The notes under the pieces were generated by a model that saw only the letters and a list, made by a program, of their open reading frames with translations, was not told the origin of the DNA and ran no database searches. From Isurus oxyrinchus (Eukaryota): 64,000 nt of DNA. The position numbers and the translations under genes are program-made. Shown here piece by piece: positions 1 through 12,100 of this stretch; positions within the stretch are counted from its first letter, which is position 1; each line of letters starts with the position of its first letter. Location: the NCBI GenBank assembly GCA_026770705.1, contig JANJGN010000026.1, positions 35,340,001 through 35,404,000 of the forward strand, in the 5' to 3' direction.

Positions 1-2102
1 CCTGGAAGATCAGTGAATGAGGTCCCCCAGATGAATAATTTCAGTGTCGTCTGGTCTCACTCGTTAAAGATTTGTATACCTCGTCTACAGATTAGCCCTG
101 TGTCTGTATGCTTTCAGACACCTACACAATGCCGAATATAAAGTTGAGGTCAAGAACGATGGACGATGCATAGGGAGTTTGATAAAAATGAGACTCAGTG
201 TGGTGATAATGCAGAGAAACACTAACAGAGGGACATAAATGAAGGTGAGATTGATAACATTGAGTGGCAGAGAGACATATTAACAGAGAGAGATGTATAA
301 TGCTGAGGTGAGGACAGTTAGTGGTACAAATCTAGAATAGCAGAAAGGTATTAATGCAGAAATGTATTTATAAATATAAAGGCACAGAAAGTAAACAGTT
401 GATAATGGCTATTCTCCCATATGACACTTGGTGCAGTAAACTGCGGGAAAGGGATCATCAGTGCTCTGTGTAATACAAATGGACAAGAGAGACTAACACT
501 GACTGAAGTTATGGGATGCACACACAGTCTGTAGACTCCTCCGTGACACCAGGAAATATGAAATTTGGAGAATCCTGGGGATTTCAATCAGGAAAATGGG
601 GATGACGCTAAAGGAAACAATGGGAAACAAAGGCAAACATTAGCACACAGCTAACAGAAAAAAAGCAAGTTAAAATGAAACAAACTCGTGGTATAGGAAT
701 CTGAGCATCTTTACTGTGACGTGAGTGATGGTCACCTCGGTGTATGAGTTCAGTGTCTGGCTGCACACAGTTACTCTTGGATTTAGCAATACTCATTTAT
801 TAGCGCACTATACAATCCCTCTGTTTATATTAAACCAGACGTCACCTCATTTATTACTGCACTGCACTGCATGATGTCTTAGCTAGTACTGCATTAGATA
901 GGCCTCCACTTATGTTAGAAGAGGCCCTATTTTTGTTATTACTGACTACAATATTTTAATGCTTATGCTTATATTACACTAGACACTGTCCCAATGGAAC
1001 TACACTTGACCACATCTCACTATATATTGCATTCGTCCCTTTTTTCAGTTATTTGCAAAAGGATCCAATTCTGTCTATGTGATCCAAGGTGGTATCTCAG
1101 TTATTATTGCAAAATGTCATCTCCATTAGTGTTAGGCAACATCCTGTCTCAGTATTACTCAAGATAATGTCACTCTTGATATTACAATAGCCTGTGTCTC
1201 TGTTTACAGTGCATGAGCCCCAACCTCATTTATTGCGGCATTACTCATGTCTGTTTGCATTACACTCGGCCATCCCTGAATTACTACTGCTTAACAAGGC
1301 TTTGAAGTGTTCGATCAGCCATGATTGTATTGAATGGCGGATCAGGCTCGATGGGCTGAATGACCTTCTCCTGTTCGTATGTTCCTAAGCTTCCATATCC
1401 CATACTATTGGTATTATTCCGAAGCAGACACTAGCCACCTAGCCAAGTAAGGTAACGAGCTGCCAGTTATTCTTTGTCTATGTTGTGTACATTTGCCAGG
1501 ATATTGGTAATGTCACTGGACTCCCTCATATTGCAACCTGGGCCAGGGAAGATGCTGGGTCTGAGGCGCCGACCTTCAGATCAGAAATCTAACTGAGGTC
1601 CCGCCAGTCCATTCAGGGTGATGTTAAACAATCTCCGGAATACTGGGGTAAGACCCGGGCGCGGGGATTCTCCTGGTGTCCTGGGCCCACATTCCACCTT
1701 AAACAAGTATCACCCAATACAAACATAGGCACCGACCTCCCAGTTCATTACTGTGGGGAAAGGAAGGCGGCAGCACAACTGGCAGAAAGAAAAGCTCCCC
1801 TCCCCCACCCCTGTACACCATAGTATTGTGGGAGGGGCTTTCACATCTGGATCACAATCCAAATGTAGAGTCAGAAAATTGCAGCCTCCTTTTATAAACA
1901 TGTCTCTTATTCACATACACTTCGCCAGCGACCCAAGAACAGTGCGGTCCATCAATGATCTCAAACACACTGCCCTGTGCAAATCAACTCGATCCCCCTA
2001 AAGTACTTCAGTCCAGCTCTGAGGTCCGGTCTCCCAGTGCAGTCCAGGGCTGCAGCCTCCAGTTCCCCGTCATATAAACACTCAGCTCCAGGCAGCAGAA
2101 CG

Positions 2103-2570
2103 ATGGGAATCCTCCATGTTTTCACCCTGTGTGTCTATTTACCCCGTGAGTACCGATCAAACAAACCGACATTGTGTGGGTTTAATATAAAGCTGCCCGA
2201 GTCCATTCCATTTACAGACACTGTCCGGAGTTTTAACCCCGTTCTGTGGTTCGGCTCTGATAGTCCATTAAACTCTAATTTCCAGGCTCTTTCAGTCAGT
2301 CAGTGACACAGACCCCGGCAGCGGTGACCAGGAAGGAGTGTCAGTCTCTCACCATCACCTGTGTTTTCTCCGCTGCTTCGTGGCATTATTTCCAAACGGG
2401 ACATTTCTTCAAACAAACACAGACTGGGACTGAGCGGGAGCGGATCTCCAGCTGGGGGAGATTTGTTGTTTCGGTGAATAAAGCACGAAAGACATTTTCG
2501 CTGGAAATTCAGGATGTGAGAGTTGAGGACACCGCCACCTATTACTGTAAAGCTCAGTACCAGCACGACA
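2103..2570 (+). CDS. NAR-TCR V gene segment (IgNAR-like N-terminal V domain); leader exon 2103-2145, V exon 2286-2570
   Basis: Leader MGILHVFTLCVYLP|gtgagt, acceptor ttccag ending 2285. V exon SQSVTQTPAAVTRKECQSLTITC...ERERISSWGRFVVSVNKARKTFSLEIQDVRVEDTATYYCKAQ. The CDR2/C'-C'' region is deleted as in IgNAR V, the end is YYCKA, and there is an extra Cys at 2339-2341. An RSS follows. Confidence 0.9.
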
Positions 2571-2608
2571 CACAGTGATGGGCCTCGGCTGCCCGCGATA
2601 CAAAAACT
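2571..2608 (+). other. Recombination signal sequence of the NAR-TCR V (22-nt spacer)
   Basis: cacagtg (2571-2577) + 22 nt + acaaaaact (2600-2608). Confidence 0.92.
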
Positions 2609-2927
2609 CTCTCTGCCGATTATCACAGAAACAAATGAAAAAGCGGAGTTAATCTGCAGTTAAACTCCAACAGTTGCGCCTCACACATTCTGCCCCACAG
2701 TCTAGTTTATAATGAGATTGGATTATTGCTGTTAACATCTTGAGTTTTATAAATGCCGAGTGTGTGCGGATGGTGATGTCTATCCCGGGATTGGTGTCAA
2801 TGAATGGGGATTGGGATCCCAGTTGCAAACCCCGAACGCCATATGTGATTCTGGTCTAACAGCTGGAACCGGGAACCGCAGTCTCCGCTGTTTAACTAAT
2901 GTCCACAAATCTCAACAAACACCCGGG

Positions 2928-3001
2928 GGATTTAATACTGACTTTGTAACACTGTGTGGATGGATGGGGGAGTCACAATGGGAGAGACCTGAGCAAATAC
3001 A
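2928..3001 (+). other. NAR-TCR D segment (core 2957-2973, tggatggatgggggagt) flanked by 12-type RSSs
   Basis: 5' heptamer cactgtg (2950-2956) with a weak nonamer 12-13 nt upstream. 3' heptamer cacaatg (2974-2980) + 12 nt + gcaaataca (2993-3001). The G-rich core is open in all three frames (WMDGG, GWMGE, DGWGS) and lies between V and J. Confidence 0.8.
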
Positions 3002-3308
3002 ATTTAAATATAAATTCTCCGGGCCTGGATAGTGAATTGTCGGGTTGATCTTATTATCGCTGGAATCTGGTTACATTTCATTTTAATTCCCACCATTCAG
3101 TTATCTTTCTTTGATATTTTTCTCGGTTTATATGAAGCGAACATCTAGTTCCCGGGACCATTTACTCAGTGCTCAGGGCCTCACAAAGGACGGTTTGAAC
3201 CGACAGAGACTTTGAAACGTTGAATATTGTTTATTTATTTAAATCCGCTGAATAATTGCGCAGTTTCTACTGTCTGATGATGATTTCCGGGCAGGTTGCG
3301 GTGTCGGT

Positions 3309-3400
3309 GGTTGTTGTACCTGGGAGACTGAGAGCGGTGTTACTGTGGTGGGTTACTGATTATGCGGATGGATCCGGGACAGTGGTGACTGTCACAGCCG
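3309..3400 (+). other. NAR-TCR J segment (3348-3400) with 23-RSS (3309-3347)
   Basis: ggttgttgt + 23 nt + tactgtg, then WVTDYADGSGTVVTVTA and a phase-1 donor G|gtaagt at 3401. Confidence 0.9.
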
Positions 3401-4339
3401 GTAAGTGACTCCAACCCACGCCGCGTTACAGACTGTCCCGGATAATGTTATTGATATCAGTGGAGTTTGGGTGGGATGTGGGAGTTGACAGAATCTGGAC
3501 AATTATTGGTTTAATGGGCACATCGGGGACAACATCAACATCAACATCACGGACTCTCACACGCTGAATCGCTTTTAATGAGCACAGGTTGGCGACAATC
3601 CGGACCCCACACCTAGCGTTAACTGTGACCGAGGGAGCTCTGTCTGTCCCTTAGAACCCGGGACCGGGGTCACAGAGCTCTCTCCTGGGCAGCAGATTGC
3701 AGTCCGAGCCGCGGAATGTGAATGAGGTACCGGGTGAACAAACTCAACACAACTGCGGCCAGTTCGGGTACCTGCAGCGGCTCGTTCAACACCTGACCCG
3801 GGAGAAAAACGGGACAGTGACACAACGGACTCCAGATATAAGAGATCCTGATATGGGTCCAGATGGAATTTTATTATTGGGCAATCAGTGACTGAAATTT
3901 GTGACATTGCCCCCTCCATTTCTTTCAGTTGCCTCCATATAACCAATCAGTTTCCTCCTTTTCTGTCTTCAGACCGAAATATGAATGATTGGGACTGCAG
4001 GCACTTCTCTATCTTGAATGCAGATGTTTGAAAGATGGGATTGCAGTAATTTATCTGTATCCCTGATTACTATGAATTGAATCAACACAGTGCAGTGAAC
4101 GAGTGAGGGTAATGCATTAATCTTATGAATGAGTACAGGGACAGAAGGAAACAATTATAAACAGGGGGAACGTTCGTTGATAACCAGCAAGAAATAATTA
4201 ATCGAAAGGGAGAGAAGGATTGGCTGAATTCTGGGTGCCTTTCAAAGTACAATCCGACCCCAGGGTGGTGGGTGAGGTTTATGGAGGGAAGGATTGAAAT
4301 AGACTCCAGTCCAGAATGCTGTGTAAAATTCTGTTCTCC

Positions 4340-4850
4340 TTACAGAAGATAGATCAACCTGCATTGGAAGGATTGCAACAAATGTTCTTCAGACTGATTC
4401 CTGAGATGAAGGGATTGTCCAATGGGAAGAGATTTAGTCGCCTCGGTCTATATTTCCCAGAGTTTAGAATAAAGAGAGGTGATCTCACGAAAACATATAA
4501 TATACTGAAGGGTTTTGACAGGGCAGATTCTGGCTCGGAGTTTCCCCAGACTGAGGAGTATAGAACTCGGGGTCACAGCTTCAGAATAAAGAGTCATCCA
4601 TTAGAACTGAGAAGCAAAAAAATCTTCAGTCGAACCATTGTTGTGAATGTGTTGCATTCTGTAAATCAGAGCGCTATGGATGTTCAGTATCTGTTTGCAT
4701 TGAAGGCAATATTTAATTGGTTTGCAGACACTAAAATATCAGGGATATGGGGAGAATGCGGAGATGTGCTGTTAAGGTTGTAAATCAGCCAGGATATTAC
4801 TGAATGGCTGAGCAGGTTTGAAAGGTGATCTGGCGACTCCTGCTTCTATT
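4340..4850 (+). mobile_element. CR1-clade LINE 3' fragment (HER1-like)
   Basis: ORF 4316-4783 has degenerate CR1 ORF2 C-terminal motifs (RLGLY..EF...RGDL.KTY.ILKG.DR; RTRGHSFRIK), followed by a typical 3' tail. Confidence 0.8.
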
Positions 4851-6316
4851 GATTGGATTCTCTGCTTTGATTTCTTACACCCCTGAGAAAAGAAATCAGC
4901 AACAATCCACATCTCTCTGGGAAGATTGAACAGGCTGGGTCTTTTTTTTCTGAAAAACAGAACTACAAGGAGAATCCATAGAAATCTTTTCAATAATGAA
5001 CGGTTTTATGGTGGAGAAATTTTTCATTTGTGACTAAGTCCAAGGCAACATCCGTCAACATATAACAATCATTAACAGAACAAATAAAATATTTAAGACA
5101 AATGAATTGAAACAAAGGCAGGTTAGAATGTGGAACTTGCTGCCACAGGGAGAGGTTGGGGATAGTATTGATATATTTATTGGAACACTTGGAAATACAG
5201 GAGGGAGAACGGAACAGGCCAACACAGGGAGCTGGATGTAAATGGTCAATTAGATTTCTGGTGGGGTCCGGCTGGAATTGATTATATACACAGGCTGAAT
5301 GGCCCATTCCTCTTCTGCACTCTTCTTCCTCTATAATGTAAAACTGAGAGAAAACTCCACCCAGTGAACCGGGGAGAGAATCAGTCAATGGGAGGAAAGA
5401 ATGAAATTTTCAGAGAACTGGAAGAGGCAGTTCTCAGTGAGTAACAGTAAAACCACTGTGGAAACTGAACAGACAACTGCGAAACTTTGGGGCAAGTTCC
5501 CACGGTTGCAAAAAGTACAAACAGCACAAAATAAATGTCAAATAAAGGGAATGTGAAATTAAAGAAATAAAATGAAATTAATTGCACCTACTTGAAATTA
5601 AGCTGAACTGGAGAAAATTGGACCCTATTGATAGAACATAAAGGAATAGAGCAAAAGGCAGATAGAAATTTCTGAGCAGTTTTAAACAGCAGTGAATGAT
5701 TGACCTTTCACCACGAGAGATGCACACTCTCGGTTTGGCCCAATCGGTGCTGATGAACCCCATCCGTTTGTGTTGGATCTTGCTGTGCACAGCGTTTCCA
5801 CGCAGCTGTGTTCCTCTCCAACACACATGCTTTTTGGAAACTGGTTGCCTCGCTGAACATAAAATGCTCCCTCGTGTTGGCCTCTCACCAAGGAAAATAG
5901 AAACGGGAATGTAATATAATTCATAGAATTGTCCAGCACGAAAGGATGACATTTGGCCCATTGCTGACCCTTTAAAAGTGCAATCCAATTGTTCCCACTG
6001 CCCATGAATTTTCTCTATAGCTCTATATTTGTATTTACATTTCCAGCACAGATCATTAACCGTTTGAAAGCCACGACTGAATCTATCCCCAACACCAATT
6101 CAGACAGTGCTGTCCTGATCGGAAGAATTCGCGATGTAAAATAAATCATCACCTCATTCCCCACTTGGTCATATTTTTATAAGAGTGAACACGGTTCAAA
6201 CAGGCTTCCAGGAAATAAAATTACTGCAATAAGCAGAGCTATTCACGCGATTGAGAGATTCTCCTGGACAAACAGTGGTTGAACAAAAATATAGTGTTCA
6301 TTTGTTTATCCTATAG

Positions 6317-6621
6317 ATTCCAGTTCCATGATTTCCCGGATGTCGCCTCTACAAACGTCTGCTGCTAGTGACAGAGTTACTTTAATCTGTGGGTATTCAG
6401 GTATCTGTCAGTACACAGTACACTGGTATTGTCAGTCCCCAGGAGAGGCTCCGGAATATCTTCTTCAGAGATACACTTCAGGAGAAGAGAATGAAGAAAA
6501 CTTTGCAGGGAAAGAATTTCTGCTTCTATCGATTCTTCCGAGAAAATCAGCCGGTTAAAGATCTCCAAACTGCAACTGAGCGACTCCGCTGTTTATTACT
6601 GTGAACTGAGTCAGCGCACAG
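6317..6621 (+). pseudogene. Leaderless supporting TCR-delta V segment of the NAR-TCR cassette, with a 1-nt frameshift near 6510
   Basis: Acceptor ctatag ends 6316, in phase with the J donor. DSSSMISRMSPLQTSAASDRVTLICGYSGICQYTVHWY...PEYLLQR; after a -1 shift RISASIDSSEKISRLKISKLQLSDSAVYYCELSQ. CDR1 Cys at 6406-6408. No leader exon recognised upstream. Perfect 23-RSS at 6622-6660. Confidence 0.85.
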
Positions 6622-6830
6622 CACAGTGATACGGAGCACGGAGAGAACCGTACAAAAACCTGAACATGGTGCAGAGTGACACAGAAACCGGAGGGCGCTG
6701 TACGAAAACCTGAACATGGTGGGATTACAGAAACACAGTGATACAGAGCACGGAAAGAGTTGTACAAAAAACTGAACATGGTGGGATTACAGACACACAG
6801 TGATACAAGGCACGGAAAGAGTTCAAATAA
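6622..6830 (+). repeat. Tandem array of four 23-RSS-like units (50-62 bp period)
   Basis: Heptamer/nonamer pairs: cacagtg 6622/acaaaaacc 6652; cagagtg 6672/acgaaaacc 6702; cacagtg 6734/acaaaaaac 6764; cacagtg 6796/degenerate nonamer. Shared linker ctgaacatggtg. Confidence 0.88.
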
Positions 6831-7139
6831 TTGCCCATTTTCGGGTTTATGTTGAAAGGAGCATACACACACACACGCAAACCCACATACACACACAGAA
6901 GAGGGATGGGGCTAGGGAATCACTCCACCAATGTATTTTCAATTGACCTTATAATTTTGTGTCACAGAATAAAACCGTTAAACACATCAAGGTCGCACGT
7001 TCTTTCTGGCTCTGCAGAGCCTTTAACATTTTTATACTTCGAGCCGCCTACAATACTCCCGCCAAAATAATTCATTCAATTATCCATTCTTCAACAAGCG
7101 ATATGCACTTTATGGGCATAAATGATTGAAGGTGGCCTG

Positions 7140-7470
7140 ACAGCCTGAGAAAGTGGTGCTAAAACATTAGGAATTATCGACATCATAACAGCGGCATAGA
7201 GTCTAAAAGCAAGGGAATACTACTGTTCCCCTGGAAATCACTGGTTCCCCCTCAACTGGAACATTGTGTCCACTTCCGGGCATCGCACTTTAGGAGGGAT
7301 GTGAATGGTTTAGAGAGGGCGCATGTAAGATTACTAGAGTCATCCCAGGGATGCAGAACTTCAGTTAATTGGATAGATTGGGGAAACTGGGCTTGTTCTC
7401 CATGGAGAATGGAATGTTCAGGATAGATCACATAGACGTGCTCAAAATCATGTAGCCTTGGGCTCAGTTG
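7140..7470 (+). mobile_element. Degenerate CR1-clade LINE fragment
   Basis: Resembles the ORF2 region 'IEYKSK..LL.LYK.LV.PQLEHCV.FW.P.FR.DV..LER' seen in the better-preserved copy at 17452-17841. Confidence 0.65.
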
Positions 7471-9170
7471 ATCAAAACAAACTGTTTCTATAGGTGGGAG
7501 GGTAGAGAAGAGCAGGAGGCTGGTTTTCGATTCTCTTCCTTGGTAAATGGGCCGTGGAAGGGAGCGGCTCCAACAGTTCTGTGCGGCTGGGAAGGAGCCC
7601 TATCTGTGGCACAGGGAGTGCAGGTGGCACTCTGCGAGAATTGTCCGCAAATTCGCGGCTGTTCAAACCATCGCTTTTGTCCACTAAGACCGAATGTTTA
7701 TATTGAAGTCACTTTTCGTATAAATCAAGCCTTTTTCCCCGCATTCACGTGAGACATGCACAGCCTGCTGTATCACACACACATACAAGGCCGACTGTGT
7801 GTCACAGAAATCTGGCCTCCGGTTTTCAATGGCTCAGGGCAAAATATTGTCAGCAGGACAACAGCACCGTGATTAGCTCTTTCTCCCCTGATCCGGTGTC
7901 AAGAGGTGACGGTGTATTTTCAGGCTCCGCCCAGCATTAAAATTTCCAGCTTGTAAATCGTGTAACTTTTGACCCGGTACATGGAAGAGGGATAAAACCG
8001 CAGTTCTTAAAGGGGCTCTGCAGCGCTCGAGCTGTTTGGCTAAGTTTCGTATTTAGGAGGGGTGATTAGTGGTTGAAAAATGGATCAGAAGAAAGTGACA
8101 CTTTTTAATGCATTGATTCAGTCAGTTGGCTGAACATCAATTGTTCATTTTTAATAACTAACAATGATTTCGTACAGTCAACACATAATGTAGAAACAGT
8201 AGTTTTCGTGGAGTACATGCCATCAATCCAATGCAATGTTGTTGTAAGAAACACGATCTGGATCTTGTTTATTGCTGTATCCTCTTAAAACACAGCATAT
8301 GGACTCGGGAATACAACAAAGTTAGGATGAATGCTAACAGAGACAGAGCCTAGTGTAATACTCAAAAAGGAAGTGTAAAATAATGGGGATCCATTAAAAC
8401 ATTCACAGAGAAAGAGCCTAACATCATAACCAAGGAGCCTAGGACTGGTACGAAAATATCTTAATATTTCCTTATGTGACTTAATTCCAATTTTGTTTTA
8501 TTGTGCCCTTGTGAGGCGCTTGGTAACATTTAAAATGTTTTAAAATGTTATAATACATGTTAAACCTGTGCAAATGCGCATTGTTGTTGTGAGATTATGC
8601 TTTGTGTTGTGTGGATATTCGTTGGCTACTGCTGGCATAACTTGCATTGTGTGGATATAACTTGCATTGTGTGGGTATAACTTGCAATTTCTGGGGACCT
8701 TATGTGTTGTGTGTGAGTCTAACTTCTATCATGTCAGTACATTCGGCAGCATTTAACTTTCACTGTCATTCTGATTCTTACCTGGTCTCATGTAACTGAG
8801 CAGTGCTGGCTTCGGCCTGATGGCTATCAATGTTTCTTTCAGTGTCTCCCATAAATGAACGTTCCACATGACTAAGTGTACTTTAGATCTGCGCAAGCAC
8901 TAACAAGTTACATTCAAAACTACACTGGGCTGCATGAGGCATCAAGGCTCGATAATCGTCTCCCAAGTGTCTCCCAACATTCAACCACCTCCCAAAAATA
9001 ACATGAAAAACAATTGCTGACTTTATTTGTTCGGGTAACTGTAAATAATTATGGAAGGTAATTGTCTCTCTGTAGAATTCCAACAGTATAAATAAGGGTC
9101 TATTTGAGCTTATCACAGAGAATCTCTGTCATCAACTATCACCGGCAGAGAACATCTCTTCTCATAGAAA

Positions 9171-12100
9171 ATGCACGGCCGAATATCTGGTGTAGTTTAT
9201 GCCATTTACTATCCAATTCTTGCTGCTATTGGAGTTCCGGGTAAGTCTTTGGGCTAAACCATCAATTGGACAAAGCACTGTTTTATGGATTTCCAGCATC
9301 CGCAGTGTTTTGGTTTTATCTCTGTGTTTAATTGACTGCCACTTTACTTCAAGAAATATCTACCTTGAAGAAGTACGGCTCTACTCTCTGACAAGATTTC
9401 CGTATCTCTCTTTTGCCTTGTTCACTGCTTGCTTGTCCCTACAACCACACTCCCCACTTCTCTCCCCCACCCCACCCCCACCTTAAACCAGTTTATATTT
9501 CACCCCTCTCCTAATTTTGCTCAGTTCTGTTGAAGGGTCATGAGGACTCAAAACATCAACTTTATTCTTCTCCGCCGATGCTGCCAGACCTGCTGATATT
9601 TTCCAGGTAATTTTGTTTTTGTTTTGGATTTCCAGCCTCCGCAGTTTTTTGTTTTTATAACTGTTTTATGAAGCTGGTTCTGTCAATGGCAATTAGAAAT
9701 TGTGATATAGTCATCTTCAGGCATTTCTTTAAACTCATTTTTTCAGGGATATATAAACTTTCCACCGTTTTAATATTTCTTTGTTTTAAACTCAAGCATT
9801 AATAATTAAGTCTCTGAAAAACCCAAAATTCTGCGTCTATTCCTTTACACCATCCCATGCTGAGGCTGCACAGGTTGCTAGATTGAATTCTAAAAAGTAA
9901 TATTCTGGTAGCCTTTTCAAAATCTATAGTTCACGGATATTCTTCTACAAGTGAATAACTGGAGAATACATATCCAGTGATACCAACTTTGGGTAGAGGT
10001 TGATTTTGTGTTAGTCTAAAAATAGCAATTGCCGTTGTTATATCTGCCTTGAATTATGGTTCCATTGTTTTCAGGTGAATTACAATTCTGGAGTGATGCG
10101 GAATGAGCTGCAGGTTCATTAATAGCCATTTCACATTTGCGCCTGAAGTTAAGCTTCACCTGCTTGAAATGGTTGAGGGGTGAAATTGGCCTTGAGCTGT
10201 TAAGCAAGACAGTTTTACCCTCGATGCAGTCCTCTGTCCAATTGACATTGGAGGCTTGGAAATCGGACCAAGTGTAAAACTGTCAGCTCATTCGATCCAG
10301 CCTAAAAACGGTTCCTGCCCCATGGAAGTCAAAGGGTATCGGGTTCAGGTGGGAATGTGGAGCTGTGGCCATGCTCAGGCTAGCCATAATCTTATTGAAT
10401 AACGAAGCAGGCTAGAGGGACCGAATGGCCTGTCTCTGCTCCTGATTCGTATGTTTGTATTTCCTTGAAATGCTCGCCCAAGGCTATTGAATTAATAGTT
10501 TAGTGGCATAGTCAATATAGTTATCTTCCCTTTGAGTTTGGGCTTCTTTACGTTATGCCAATCAATCACTATTTCCCATTCTGCGCTAAAATTGCCCTTT
10601 AATTTGTCTCTTTGTGGGTATGCTTTTATAACGAAAGCCATGAAGTTATGAACTAAATGCAGTTTAAAAATCAATGCGGAGATCTGATCAAAAGAATCAC
10701 TGGTGTCAAATGTTTTTAATTACAAAGTCAATCATTATACGTACGGAGTAAGTTAACGCTTTCATGAGAAAACCAGGTGAATATTTACTTTTTGTAGCGT
10801 CTCTTACTGAGGCACCGCTACTTTGTTCTAATGGCTTTGCTAGTCTGTGTTCTGAAACATTTTTCTCTGGCCAGAGCTGGTTGAGCGAGGAAGGAAATGC
10901 TGTTGTGTTGTTTCATACATGACAAAATCCCCGGTAGATAACCGACATCAGACGTGTTTGCAGAAAAATCGTTGTGGCTCAGCAAAGGAATGTATAACTT
11001 AACATAGACCTTTCATGCCAACCAGGTTATGTTCCGCGAGCGGAAGCTCATGCTTACGTCACTGGATTAATGATCCAGAGGCCTGAGCCAATGACATGAG
11101 TTCCAATTCTAATTCTACTAATTAATTTAAATGGAGATAATAAATAACTCGAGTAAAGTTGAAGTACCAGAAATAGTGATCAGGTAACTACAAGATCATC
11201 GCAATAAACTCTACCCGGTTCACCAACGTCCTTCAGGGAAGGACATCTACTCCGGCTCAGATATGATTCCAGATCCACAACAATGTGGTTGAACATTAAC
11301 CGCCTTCTTACATGACCCAGAAAACCATTCAATCGGTAGGTGGCGGCTGGCCATCACCCTCTGAAAGGCAGTTAGTGATGGACAATAGACGCTGTTGCTC
11401 CTAAGTCGCCGAAATCAAGTGAATGAATGAATGAATAAAAAGGGCCAGGGTGTAGGAGGGGCTAGAGCGCTTACCCTACATCCGGAAAGCTGGAAAGTAA
11501 GTCGAAGCTGCTGTTAACTTGAGAATCAGGCATTGTGCCGAGCCGTGCACCACTAGAACAGACATACATCTGAGCAGCTACCTGCGTGTATATGAACAAT
11601 GGGCAAGTTCTATGTTTCTGTCATTATGTGTAGCTCTAAATGAACATGATAAGGTTTTAGTGATAGACAACGCTTAGATATGTACCAATAGGCTGCAAAA
11701 TTTGCATTCCGCTCAGTGGGAGATGAAACGTGGTGAATAGGAAATTCACATAGAACCAAACGTTCCCGATATTGGGGAGGCATAAAATCGGTGATCAGCA
11801 TTGGGATATCCGTTTGATGCCCTGAGGATCTCTAGACTGATGTTAAGAAAGATTATTCTATCTTCAACCAAAAACGGTTGTTGCCCATTGGAGTCAAAGG
11901 ATATCGGGGGCAGGTGGGAATGTGGCATTGAGGCCGTAATGAGATCATCCATGATCTTATTGAACGGCGAAGAAGGCTAGATTGGCTGAATGGCCTGAGT
12001 CTGCTCCTGATTCGTTTGTTTGTACGTCCCTGAAATATTCGTCCAAGGCTATTGAATTAATAGTTTAGTGGAATAGCCACTATACTAATCATCTATTCAT

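Noticed and set aside
1745-1990. D-like G-rich stretches and an octamer-like gtgcaaat upstream of the NAR V
   Set aside because: No properly spaced nonamers; a one-mismatch octamer is not distinguishable from chance.
3160-3212. Possible second D segment (ctcagtg-ctcagggcct-cacaaag)
   Set aside because: The heptamers are poor and no nonamer lies at 12 or 23 spacing on either side.
7780-7850. gactgtg-tgt-cacagaa as a D segment downstream of the supporting V
   Set aside because: The core is only 3 nt, the heptamers are non-consensus and the nonamers are not at valid spacing.
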